This document shows, in pieces, positions 1 through 13,551 of a stretch of DNA of 64,000 nt. Where the stretch lies: NCBI GenBank assembly GCA_012295275.1, contig CM022670.1, forward strand, positions 1,488,001 through 1,552,000, in the 5' to 3' direction. The notes under the pieces were generated by a model. That model was given only the letters and a program-made list of their open reading frames with translations. It did no database searches and was not told the DNA's origin. A program made the translations under genes and the position numbers. The stretch's first letter is position 1. Each line of letters begins with the position of its first letter. The stretch comes from Chrysomallon squamiferum (lineage: Eukaryota; Animalia; Mollusca).

Positions 1-180
1 ATTTAGTGTGAGGGAAATATATTCCCGGCAGTTTACTTTAATAAAAAATATACAAAAACTAGTTTAATATCCATATTTGCATAAAACAGTCATTGTAATA
101 AAATATTAAATATATATATGTGTGTGTGTGTTTGTACTAATACAGAGAGAGAATTTTGAATATAAAACAATTTTTACCAG

Positions 181-1731
181 ATCAATACCTTCTAACTTCA
201 AATGTCCTGGTGGAGATAAGTCATGGAATCATACCACAACAGAAAGCAATAGCACAGAATGTTTACAAGAAATCAATTTCTGCAAAGCATATAATGGTAA
301 TTTTGTCTTTTTATTTATAAAATAAAAAAAAAACAAAAAAAAAAACAGTTTATAAATTATAGACTACATTTTGATAAAAAGAAATGTTTTTCATGGCTTC
401 CAGTATAAAATATTATGTATTTTATGGAAAGCATGTAAGTTTATTATTTAAAACATATGTAGGAAACAATCTATACCAAGAAGTCTTATAATTCATATAT
501 GTATATATTAACATATTACAATCTAACAAGTATGAACCATATATTATTATTGAAAACAACCTTAATGCATTAATTGTGTATGTGACACACACACACATGC
601 TAAATCATACTTGCTTTCTTTAAATACAAGGGAAAATCATTTTTAGATTAAGTTAACACTTTTTCACAGCTTATGTCAAAAGACAAATACTGTTTGTTAT
701 TCTTGCCTTTGGAAATGTATTTTTTTTAAAAACAGTCAGTTTTAATTCATTACATGTTTAATGATCATATGATATAATGAACACTTAATCAAGATGTATT
801 TAAGTTTCAAAAGGTTTCTTTTTTGATGTTGAAGATAATCATTTATATATCCATATGAGCTTTTAATCCTGAAATAATAACTAGTCTATATAAGCTGATT
901 TTCCATTATCTGTTGCTATCAAACACAGACAAGAGATTCTTTCAATAATTGTGTTTTTATTTCAGTGTCATGTCCTCCTAGTTCCCAATGTGTCAACACA
1001 GCCCCTGGTTTAACTGAATGTCATTGTTCTCCTGGTTACCATGGTTACAAATGTTTGAGAAAGGTGGGTACGGATTTATAAGTAATTCTTTATTTCTTTA
1101 TTTTTAATTTATTCTGTGCTCATAAATTAGGTTTTACTTAATATTTTATTTAGTTTTATTCATTAATTTGCTTGCTGATAAAACCTAATCATCTTTTTCT
1201 CTTTTTAAATGACAAATACTTATATTTGGTTTTACTTTTATTCACAAAAAAACTTTTAAAAATTAAAATGTTTATCACACTGAATATATTATTTGCTAAG
1301 AAAAAAAGTAGTATAAATTAATGTATTTGTCAGTAAATGTTCTTATTATACAAAAAATGTTACCTATAAAATATATATTTAATCTATCAGGATATTTACA
1401 TCACCAAAAAATATATATAACTATTTTATTATATAAAATTTTGTTAAAAATTGTTATCAGTTGACTTAATTAAAGTTTATTTTAAAAATTGTCATCAGTT
1501 TCAGTTGTGAGTAACATGAACAAGGATTGTTTCTGAACAATTTCTTGGTATATGAAAATATTATTTTTAGATCTTAACCCAGACTTAACTGTTCATTATC
1601 TGATAGAAATATTTTCATTTCAGGGGACATTTCCCAAGATTATATTTTCAGCTGGACTGGTAGTGTCGGCTGTTGTAGTTTCTGGTTTGCTGTGGTTCAC
1701 TCAGAGAAGACATGCCAAAAAAGTGGTTTAA
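181..1731 (+). CDS. ATRAID: 3' part of all-trans retinoic acid-induced differentiation factor (APR-3), EGF-like domain plus C-terminal TM helix; 5' exons lie outside the window
   Basis: Exons 181-296, 966-1063, 1624-1731 with AG/GT boundaries and consistent phases give ...SIPSNFKCPGGDKSWNHTTTESNSTECLQEINFCKAYN/VSCPPSSQCVNTAPGLTECHCSPGYHGYKCLRK/GTFPKIIFSAGLVVSAVVVSGLLWFTQRRHAKKVV*. CPGG..W, GxHGYKC-R-G-F and LLWxTQRR match ATRAID C-termini. Confidence 0.85.
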
Positions 1732-2042
1732 TCCACAGAAGCTATATTTGAAACCAAACAGAATTTATTGAACCCAATTTTTAAAATATCCTGTCTGTGA
1801 TTTTTATATACATTCCGTCACATTTCAAGATTAATCTGAATGCAGCCAACTTTTTTTTTTGATTCAAATTCTTATTTATGTTTCATCTTTACTCTAAAAC
1901 TGTGTACTATTTTTTTTTTTTTCAAGTACATCTGTTTTAAGCCTAAATATGACTAACATATACTTGTAGCAAGCATTCCAAAGAAGCACATTCCATTAGT
2001 AAATATGAGAAAGACCATCTTTATTTATTAAGGGTTAATTAT

Positions 2043-2082
<40 letters not shown>

Positions 2083-3176
2083 GAAAATTCTTTTAACACT
2101 GATTTTGAAATATATATATATATATTTTTTTTTCTTAATTTATAAAAATTATTTATGTCTAGCAGTTCCTTAAATTGGTGGTCATTCCTTCATATTGATT
2201 AAATACACATTCCCACCTGATCCATCATACCAGAACAAAGAAACTTTGTATATACTTCTGATTTTTATTATATTTAATAATCTTTCCTTTGATTTTCATT
2301 ATTAAAACGAAGTATTCATTGTTATTCAGTTTATTTCTTTTGTAATCCTAAAATCTATTAATGTTTATTTGAATTATGCAGTAGATCTTGTTTAAAATTG
2401 ATACAATCATGACAATTTACATTTATACAAAATCATTATATTGTAATTAAATAAAGAATTTTATTTTTATTTAAAAACAAATTTTTGAAAGTTGGTTTCA
2501 GCCATATTTATATATTAATTTTTGAGATTCCTTTTGCTTTTTCCAATTTTATTTTTGAATTGTTTTTTTAAATTTTAAAATTTTTAAAATTTAAATTTTG
2601 ATTGGTGGGAAATTTACTATTCACTTTGATATGTGTAATGAAATAATAAAAATAAATTATTACTGAAATGAAAAAAGCATTGTTTTATTTTATTAGTAAT
2701 TCATTCTTCAGATGATGATCACTTGATAGATTTCAGTGATAATGACCACATAACAAAACCCCAAAATACTGCTCCATTTCTTTAAAAACAAAAAACATTT
2801 CAGTATGTAAGCATGTTTACATCCTTGGAGCAGATGTTGTTGCTGGTTTTTTTATTAATTTAAAACTACAGTTAAGTGTTAACAGTTCTAAACAATAGCA
2901 AAAAACGAACCATGATGTAAATTTTAAAAACATTTGGATTATTCTCCATCACATATCAAGTGTCAAAGATAATTTGATAATCCACATGAAGAAACCACCG
3001 AGCTGATTGTTATTTTATAATTCACTAATATCTTGACTACTGCAAACCAATCGGAATTTTTTTTTAAAGTTAAAAAAAATTGATAAGAATAAAATCTACC
3101 ATTCATGTAGAACCAATTTTAGAAATAAAAACAAAATCCATTAAGAAAATAGATTTTATTAAAATTAAAATAAACA

Positions 3177-5918
3177 CTAAACAATTCTTCCAATAAACTG
3201 ACATTTAGGATATTTTTTCTTGAGCTGAGGCCATTGCACCAGGATATGATCTGCTAAATAATAGAGTATTTTAGCAGACACTGATAATGACTCCACGCGA
3301 CAGATACTCTCCACATAGATGACAAGTGTCTGTTTGATACAAAATAACTGCAACAGAATTTAAATAAACAAATTACTTATGAAAATAACAAGTGTTGTTA
3401 TTTTTCTGAATATTTTATATCACAAACATAATTAAATGATATATATTCGTAAAATGCTAATAATAACTTGGTGTTTTTAATACATGATATTTAATTTTAG
3501 GCACATTCAAGCTTACAAAAATTGTTAAAATTAAAGAAAAATTAAGCAAAGTTGTGAAAGCTGTGTCACATCTATTTCAATAATGATCTAACCAAGAAAT
3601 GGAATGAAGATGTGGGAGTTTGTGTCAGTCTCAAAACACAAACAAAATTATTTTTTAATTGATATATTACCAGCTCCAGAATATCTTCAATTTAAGAGTT
3701 TACCTTTAAAATCAACCCAGCAAAACACACAGGAATACAGGTACCTGGACCATTGCACAGGATCTGAAATTACAAATGATTATCTGAAAACAAGTTTAAC
3801 ACCTGCAAATATGTCATTGGCCAATATCAAAAATTACTTATTGTATGTAAGATTTCATATGGAATTAAAGGGTTAAACAAGTAATATATATAATTAAAAG
3901 CATTTAAAAAATAGCATGTGCAACCAGAGATTAGATATTATTTTACTTTGTTTTAATATACATCATTTTATAAAATGAAAATTGAGACCCGTTTAAAAAA
4001 TGAACTTAATAAAATAATTCTAAATTTAATTTATAAATATAAAGGAATTTAATACTGAGACTTTGGTATACATTTAACACCATCTTGTAAAATTTTAGAT
4101 GTGATTATTTTTCCACAGATTTGTCTAAAAATAAAACAACTATAGACATATCACTAATTCTTCTCCTTTTTCATATGTGTGTTTGTGTGTGCATGCACGT
4201 GTGACTTTATTCTCATACTCAGATACTGGTTACAGTTTATGTTATTTTTGCAATATAGTTTTCTCAGAACTTACAATATCAGGTTGTATTTGAAATATAA
4301 GAGGAAAACTATAAAGAATGGCATGTAGTGTAGATATCACTGTTGATACCCAGGACTGGTTTACTTCTCGACTTCGTGGAATTTTATGGATACTATACTG
4401 AAAAAAATAAGAGTAATTAATTCACTTTTTTCAGTGAAAACCAATGTATGTCTACGAAACAATTATATAAATTACTATATAAATCAACAAGGAAGAAATA
4501 TTTCATTTAACAATGCACTTTGTATTGACCTTACAGATAATAAGACATAATGGCCAACAATGTATCTTTCATCTCCTAGAAATATAAGAACACCTTCCTA
4601 AAAATATTTTTAAAAAGGCTATACATCTTGAACACTGGCTAGACTGAGTAAATTAGAGAAGTGATTATTTTCATTTAGAATGTATGAATGAACAGACTGC
4701 TGTAATTCATTTTAATATTAATGGTTATATGGTGTCAGTTATATGTTCCTTTTTTATAATAATATAAGAAATCCCACAACAGTCTCTCAAAGGGTTAATC
4801 TTATCAGTTTGTACTGAAGTAATTCCCACTGGCAGGATTGCACATACCACAGTTTTTAATAAATCATTTTACCTTTGGCTGGAACTTGAAATATCCAAGT
4901 ATCTTTTACAAGGTATTAATAATAACTTTTACTGACAAGATGAAGTTATCACTTTAATTTTGATATTATGTTGTTAATCAAAATTTATTATCATTACACT
5001 GAATAATGAACACATAATTATCAACATGCACAGAACCAAAATGATCCAAGCACATGTGTCTTAGTCATTAATACAATTGATAGAGTTAACATGTTTATTA
5101 AAGATTTTCCATACCTTTACTTCAGTACCTTTCATTTTTTCACCACTTTGTTCCAGTGCGTGTACTTTCTGTTCGCTAATCTGATCTGTGTCGGCAATGA
5201 TATAGTAGCGAGGAGAATATTTTGAACCGATTTTGTCTACAAGACACAATATTTCTCTTGTGTGTCCACCTGCAAAGACAAATATACTTTATTATTAATG
5301 CACATTAGAAACATTTGTGTATTTAAATCAAATGTTTTCTTTGTAAATTAAAGTTATCAAATCATTTTATTTCTGATACTTCGGACTTTCTGTATGCAAT
5401 CAGAATTTATGGAGTTACAAATTAAAATAGACTGTGTGCACTGAACTAAATGTTTAATCTGCAAAACTGCTTTTGTCATCTACCATACACAAATAAAGCT
5501 ATGCTGTTCTGATAGTTCTTTGAATAACAGTAGCACTAAAACTATTAAATATTATTTTTAGACTCTTTTGTTAATGAGTTGCATATTGGTTGTTAACGAA
5601 TATTGGTAACTCCATACTGATTCGTGGCTTTCGTGTGAAATATTGTATAAATAAACACCGATATATATTGTCCATCTCTTAAATTAAGAAACTATGTACG
5701 TTTTTGATGATCCACAGAATAGTTCAAATAACTTTTAATCTACCGTTTTATTTACCTGATCCTGTAACGATCATAATTGATGCTGAGTTTCGATTCTGTG
5801 CTATTTGTTTATCAGCCCGGTTTGTCCATTTCGAACCTATTTTATAAATAAAAAACAAGAATAATAGAAAACCTACAATAGAAACAAGAGTTACGTCAGC
5901 TATTTGACTCCCCTGCAT
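3177..5918 (-). CDS. ALG14: UDP-N-acetylglucosamine transferase subunit ALG14
   Basis: Exons 5918-5756, 5269-5115, 4397-4275, 3763-3704, 3347-3177. Translation has an N-terminal hydrophobic anchor, then GSGGHTREI, YSPRYYIIADTD, IPRSREVNQSW, ILCNGPGTCIP, YVESICRVESLS, VQWPQL...YP...GRIV*. Confidence 0.96.
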
Positions 5919-7190
5919 TATTAAAGATACTTAAAATTGCAGATATAAGCCAAAATATGACGAATATGTTGCAGTCGCAACTCCTAGCAAAATGAAAATG
6001 AAACAAGTTAACAATGAAGGTGAAGGTCAGTTACTTAACGATGAAGACCGGTGAAGGCTTTAAAAATGAAACCATTAAAAAATAAATAAATAAAATTACT
6101 TCTAGGAAAAATTCAGCAAAAGGAAAAAAAAAAGATAAGAAATTGTATTTTATTTGTACAATTTTTGAAAAATGACCAGTAAAACATTGGAAGCTGACTT
6201 AAGCGGCATTTTTCAAAACTGAACGCATAAATGTACAGTGTACTATTATATAATAAACTGATTGTCTGTTTTTGTTTTGTTTGTGATTTTATTACATTTG
6301 TGAACACTGTGTGCTACAGCGACAGTTCTGTCACCACTGTGTCTGCACTGTTGTGTGGTTTTCAGATTACCCCATTAATCATGGTCCACCAAGATCTCTC
6401 TTTTCATTCAGCAACACGGCGTTTTAAAATTATCTTCTTTTAAAATTTATAATTTAAATGATTAAACTAACAAATGAATCAGAAATTATAAACATGTCCA
6501 TCTTTAGGTGTTGTCATTTGTGCTCACATCGACATTATAATGGCTACGTCACTATCATATGACTATGTGTATGGCGTATCCATTATTTATAATCTGTTTG
6601 AAATGTTTTCAAAAAGCCTTAACAGGCCACCATTAATTGTTAACTAAAGAAAAGCTGTTTATATATATATATTATATATATATCCTTTTTTTTCCTCTTT
6701 TTTCTTTTTATCGCTTTATTAGTTCTGGGATTTTTAATTAAGTTAAAAGTGGTCGTAAATAATTTATTTGAAATTTTAAGTTGCGAGACGAATTTATTAT
6801 TAACAAAGCATGAGAAACAGCTTGCGCAATTTTATAATCATTACTCATGATAAGATTCAATGCCGAAAAGAACCGAAAAGCAGTGATTTTTTTATTTTTT
6901 TTTTTTTTTTTTTTTAATAACATTGAACAGCATGCTTTAATAAAGTTCACATCATTACTTTAAAATAATACTAATATTTTTATTTTTATTATTTCTTAAC
7001 TTAGAGTTATCAACATCTTTTATTAATTTTCATTTTATTTCCGTTTCTTTCTAATTCACGCTTATTTTCCATTATTTTCTGTTATTAGTGAAACCGGTGT
7101 AAGCAGAAGAGCTTCCGGTTGAATTTTCGATTCTACGAAAAGCTAAACAAACGTGGCTTTTTATCATCTGTCAAACTGCTGTCTTATAGG
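5919..7190. promoter_or_regulatory. Divergent promoter region ALG14/TLCD4; probable TLCD4 non-coding first exon ending near 7189
   Basis: CpG-containing patches at about 5940-6060, 6200-6580 and 7090-7155 (ETS-like GCTTCCGGT 7111-7119). Donor-like TAG|GTTTGT at 7189/7190 and acceptor at 9521 just upstream of the TLCD4 ATG. TSS positions are inferred only. Confidence 0.4.
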
Positions 7191-7903
7191 TTTGTATTAT
7201 ATGATGTATTATTTAGTAATTACTTTGTGTCTGTAGGATCTAACAAATGTTTTTCTATATAATCGCACTTAATTGTTTCAAGTTAATGTTTTAAATTAAA
7301 TTAATCATTTAATTTTAATCACGAAATTGATGAATGTAAGATAATTCGTTTCTGATGTCCAGGAACTCAGAACGAGAATCAGATTCAAATTTACATTTGA
7401 AAAAATAAATAAATAAATAAATAAAAATAATAATAGTAAATAAAATAATAGTTATATATTTATATACTAATATAGTGTCAAGTATTACGACATTTATAGT
7501 TATTCAGTTTATTGACTCTTCTTCAGCTAAACATAATCATCTGTGAAAACAAAACAGTAAAAAATATATAAATAATATCACATTATCACTTTTAAATATT
7601 TCTTCTTTCTAAATTTATGATTTAATTGTTCTTAAGTTTATTATTTTATTATGCATACATCCAATATATACAGACCAATACTAATATATTACGTAGTATA
7701 TTTAATATATTTTGACAATTTATGTTGGAAAAACATATATCTTTCATCGCTGCTTTGTTGTCTTAAAATTTAATTATTGTTTATTATTAACATTAAAACT
7801 ATTAATATCATGTACCAACACAAAAAAAATATAATACCATTTAAGTCAGACATTACTGGACAGTCTACTAACAAGATTCAAGATGTCTTGTTTAAACGAA
7901 ACA

Positions 7904-7944
<41 letters not shown>

Positions 7945-9549
7945 ATTATTATTATTATTAAATTAATTCATAAATAATATATGTTTTATATTTTTTAAAA
8001 GGCACATTTTGGTGCACCATTTTTATTTCTGACATCTAAAGTTCATATTTGATTTCAGCATTTTATGTAAAAGTGTAGAGACAGATCTAAATACACAGAA
8101 GTTAAGTCTTACATTTTCACCCAAAAAGTTTTTATTGTGGAAAAGTTTTTGATAATTATTTTGCTGAGAACCATAACATATAATGTTCATTTAATATTAT
8201 TATCATAATTAAAATAATATCAAACCTTTGGTAACATCAGGAAATCCTTAAGAAATATATTTAGTTTGCTGAAATGCTCATTTTAAAAATATGTTGTTTA
8301 CATATTAAACATTTTGTAATCTGCTAACAAAATAATGAAAAGAGAAAATAATTTAATGAATCATTCCATAAAATGTTTTTGGAAAATGATACACTAGTAA
8401 ATCAGAATTTCTAAATCATGAAAATAAAAATTTTAATAATATTAATTGTATCACAACAGCGATATCTTTTTGTCTTATATTTTATTCTGAAGCAACAAAT
8501 ATTTGTTCCATTTGTGAGTCCATGCATGCTTAATATGTTTGTTAGTAGAGTATTACGTAAGACTTTAGAATAGAGATACTGCAGGTTATTAGCAGTTCAA
8601 AGGCTATTTTATAAATAGAAAAGAAATTACATACAGAAAACAACAAGTTTTAATATATATATTTTTATTAGGAATAGTTTATTATTATTTTATATTTTTT
8701 TTTATTTATATTTTTCGGGTTGAAGGATAATTATTAGGTGTTTATCTGAAATTAATACAAAATTAAATTTGTTTATTTGGACAACAAGAAACAAACAGAA
8801 AGATTAGACAGGCACATTTTGAATGGCAGCTAAGTATTGTCAGGTGAGGTGTGACACATCAACATAGCTGATACTACAGTGATAATAGTTGCATAAAAAT
8901 GATAACAGAACAACGGCTTTAAGTAGTGTTTGAAAGGTCAGTGTTACCGATAATCCAGTACACACACAGTTAGAGAAGTATATATATGTGTGTGTGTGAG
9001 TGTGTGTGTGTGTGTGTGTGTTTAGGTATACATACATCACCAGTAAACTATGTCTTTCTTTGTTGAACCACATTATTCCTGAGTTATCATAGAAGATTAC
9101 AATCTGAATGTGTATATATATATATATATATATTTAGGTCAGTATCACTGTCCTATTGCATTCCATACCAGTTTGAGGTGTGATCTTGTCTTTCATATTT
9201 CATTTTTTGTTGTGGTTAGTCATTTTCTTAAAGATTCTTTTACATTTCTTGCAGATGCAGGGAATCATATATATATGTTGTTGTTGTTTTTTCCTGTTCT
9301 TTTAGCTTTTTAATTTCTTTTTAATATATTTTTTTTATTATTAACATTATTTTTACTTTTGTAAATCTTTTGAAATTATACTTAATAGTCTATTTTAATG
9401 ACAGAGTGATTATAAGTGATTTTATTGACTATTGATTATTCTTATTGACTATTCCTCGTTCCAGCTAGTCATCTTTGAAAACCAAAAATAGTGTTATTAT
9501 TGCTATTATTTTTATTTTCAGTGTATGATGTATTATTAGCCTGACTGTC

Positions 9550-11484
9550 ATGGGAAGGAAAATTGAGCTTGTTGTATTTGAAGGGACGTATTATCCAGTA
9601 GCGGCAGCAAGCTGTGTGTTCTTCCTGTCTCTCTATAAATATGTTAGTCCCACACTTTCCTCCATCACTTGTGAAGGGTACAAATCTCTGAAGCCAGACA
9701 AGCAGATTGACTGGAACACAAGGTAAACACATTTTAATCAGCCAGTCATAAAAACATCCTTATTCTACATGTAGCATTTGAAAATAGTTTATAATTACTC
9801 TACTGATTTAAAAAAAGAAAGAAAAAGAGTATATTAATATTCTAGTTTTAACTTATTCACTTTTTTTTTTCTTCCAAGATCAAGATGTGGCTTTTGGTTG
9901 CATTTTTTGTTTTGAGGCAGAAAATGTTAATATATGTTTTAAAATTATTTTTAACCAGGAACATATATACCAATTAAACATGTACTCATTTATATTCATA
10001 TACACTGACTAAGTGGTTAGAGCAACGTCTTCAATTGAAGTGTTTTTTAAGAGTAAGTCATCCCCAGTTTATGCTGTTATCTATTCCTGTATTTTCATTG
10101 TATTTTCATTCCTCTATATGGAAAGATGCATGTAAGAGGTCCATGATCTGACAATACATCTATTGAGTGTTGGCAGTGAGTTTTATTTTATTTATATCAT
10201 CATTTCACCTCTCACTAACTTTATAGTTGAAGTGTACTGGATCTTTTTTAATTGTTTCAGGGTAAATTCAACAGTTCATTCTGCAATAGTAACTTGTATG
10301 TGTATGTACTCTTTGATGTATGATACTGGAATCAGTGAAGATCCAATATGGTAAGCTACTGAAATAGGAGTAGATTCATATTTTGTTGTTTTCATTTCCT
10401 CCTTTTTAAAAATTACAGTTATCAAACCATGTATTGAAAATGGTGTGTTTTTTGTGTTGGAGACTTTTTTAATTTTTTATTGTTGTTGTTTAAATAATAA
10501 ATAATGTTGTTAATATAAATGATTAAAATACTGTAACAAAATTGCACAAATCTTTAATAGTATTAAATTTTGTGTGTGAATTAATTTGATTTTATTGAAT
10601 TTTACAATTTTTTATGTTTTATTTTTATATATTAATAAATAATTTAAAAAATATTTATTATTGTACACATTAAATAAAATCTGTTATATTGTGCTATTTT
10701 CCAAATTGAAAAACTTTTACTTCACATTAATTACTATACTGATTAATGTATGAAATGACATTTATTATGATATATTAATGTTGGTAATGTTTCCTGTGTG
10801 AGTGGTTCATAATTTACATCTAATAAAACTAATGTTGCTCTGTATTAACATAACGTGCTCAAATGTACTCAAATATACTCAAATATATTTTTAACTATTG
10901 TAATTATATTTCTTCATACTCAGTATTTCGTAGACCCCACCATCTCTACTTTCTACCAAAATTCCTGTAAACAGGAACTGTTCAAATCTAAATAAATAAA
11001 TTAAATATTATATGGGTTTCGTAATTACTTCCTTGAAAATATACTTTTAATTTTGAGCATAATATTAATTATTTATAAAAAAAAAAATTAAAAAAATAAT
11101 TAAAATTTCAACATTTTAAACCTAAATTCAGAATCATTTTCTTAATTCTGCATTTGTTTCAAAGGTGTGATGCTCCAATGGTGAGAACAAGCTGTGCAAT
11201 AGTGGTTGGCTACATGACTGCTGGTAAATAAATGGGTTAACAGTCAAATAGTTATCTGAAATATTTAATTATTGTTTTTAAAATTATTTCATAATATCAC
11301 TATTTTAATTGAATTTTTAAACATAAAAAAAAAAAATCTATTTTTGTTTTGGAGATTTGGGTGGGTTATTTTCATTAATAATAATTCTGTGTGCCTTTAG
11401 TCAGTTACTTAGTAGGTCCTTTGATTCCCAATTTTAGTTACAGCTATACATTAATTATTGTATGAGAATTAAATATTGCTTTAT

Positions 11485-11534
<50 letters not shown>

Positions 11535-13551
11535 GCACAAATACATCTGCATAATGCTGTGTAACCTTGTTTGTTTGTTTGTTTGACATTGATTTAATCA
11601 TTTTATTTTCACTGACCTACTCAGACTGTTGATTTCTTAACCTAGAGTCACAAACATGTACATTTTATTTAACCTTATTTTCACTTATAATGTGAATGTT
11701 TATAAATTTCTGTTTTAAGAAAGAGTATTGTCAGTCTCTTTTTCACTTACCAACTAATGTGACAGTCTTGTGTGACATGCTTCAAAATTAAGTTAGCCTT
11801 ACAATTTGAAGGTTTCATAATATGAAAATGAGTAAGTTTAGTATTATCACTGATATTATGCATTTTTTTTTTACCTACCAAATAATATCAGAATTAAGGG
11901 TGATAAAGCACATTAATCTGTCAGAAAATTAGAAGCCCTAAAAGCATCGGTATCTCACAAAAAGAATAGTAAGGAATCCAGATCTTCCTTCTTTTATCAC
12001 ACACTAACTGTTACAGCATGGTTTCTTTCCACTGTCTTCACTAACAGAAATTCAATCACTTCTGATAAAAGAACTGGAAGTATTATTACAGCTAGCAAAT
12101 ACAATATAATTACTAACACAGCACCTTTGCAGAGAAAATCTATGTTGTCTGTATTATCAGTTTTGAAAATAATATATCTGCAAATAATAAAGAAAATTAT
12201 GTGAAATCTATCTCTTGAATGTTTTTTAATAATAAATGTAATAGAACTGTCTGGGGCTCTTGGTTAATGGATTACTGATATGAAGAATTCTAATAATTTA
12301 TTTTAAATATGGAATATATTTCTGTTTGTTTACATCATATATAGATAGAAGGATGTCGTGTTCAGAAAATGTTATTCTTTGCATTAATTGTTATTATCAA
12401 CAGATTTAATCTTAATTTAATATAAACAAAGAATTTTAGGAAAATATATTGATACCGAACTGATTTTGAATGACAGATAAAACCTTTATCTGTAATATGA
12501 GTGTTTTGTTAGTTTATATACACCTAGGCTTTTGTTAATTTCAGATTTGATTATACTGTCCATACATTACAAGGAAATTGGAGAAATATTTTACATTTTT
12601 CATCATGGAGCATCCATGTATGCATATTATTATGTTATGGTAAGTAATTAAGAAAATTGTTTTTAATGGGTATTTCTTTATGTGTGTATGTTTGTGTATG
12701 TGTGACTGTAATGCTTAATTGTAGCAGTTTATTTTATATTAATGACTAGGTTTTCTGAAAGCAAAACTTGAACTTCAAACCATAATACTTTCTAGTATTA
12801 AAAGTATACATTACTTTAGAATATTTGCATTATTGCTGTTTCTGTATTTTAAGTATTACTATTTTGGGTTTCTTTTATTATTTTTGTTGTTGTTGTTTTT
12901 TAAATCCCATATCTGAATATTTTAATTTCAGACTTATGGTGTTTTGGCATATTTTGCCAACTATCGATTGGTTGCAGAATTTTCAACACCTTTTGTTAAT
13001 CAAAGGTCGGTATATTTATTTCATTTTACTATTTGTATATGATGACAAAAAAATACATTTTTAAAAAGTAATGTATTTATTTACTTAGGATTTAATTAAA
13101 TTTAGTACATCACATGCAAACTGTTTTACTCATTTTATCTTAAATTATTCAGTTACTATTTATTCATTTCACTTAAATAAAATTATTATATCAAGAAAAC
13201 TTTAAAATGTGTTTTTTTTAATTATTTTATATATTCAGGTGGTTCCTAGATGCACTGGGTTATCGCAAAACAAGTCCCATTTTTGTTGCCAATGGCATTG
13301 CTATGACAGTTGCATTTTTCCTTTCAAGAATCGCTAGCATGCCCAGATATTGGCTGAAAGTTTACAGTGTCTATGGCACAGCACCTTTCATACGTTTAGG
13401 TCATATACAACTGGTTCTAGTGGTTACATGTTTTATTCTTGACGTCATCAATGTTTACTGGTTCTACAAGATGACCCTGGGTGTACGCAGAGTTTTGACA
13501 ATGTTTCAACTAAAATCGGAAAAAAATTCTAATTTTGTTAAAGGGAACTGA
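9550..13551 (+). CDS. TLCD4: TLC (TRAM-LAG1-CLN8) domain membrane protein, TLCD4/TMEM56-like
   Basis: Exons 9550-9722, 10261-10350, 11165-11223, 12545-12639, 12932-13005, 13239-13551. Motifs DWNTRVNSTVHS, VGYMTAD, YIFHH, AEFSTPFVNQRWF, FFLSRI, LDVINVYWFYKM. In-frame TGA at 9526-9528 upstream of the ATG supports the start. Confidence 0.88.
11488..11532 (+). repeat. (CA)n microsatellite
   Basis: Uninterrupted AC repeat in a TLCD4 intron. Confidence 0.95.

Noticed and set aside
10011-10070. tRNA A-box-like AGTGGTTAGAGCA
   Set aside because: No B-box or cloverleaf; at most a decayed SINE fragment.
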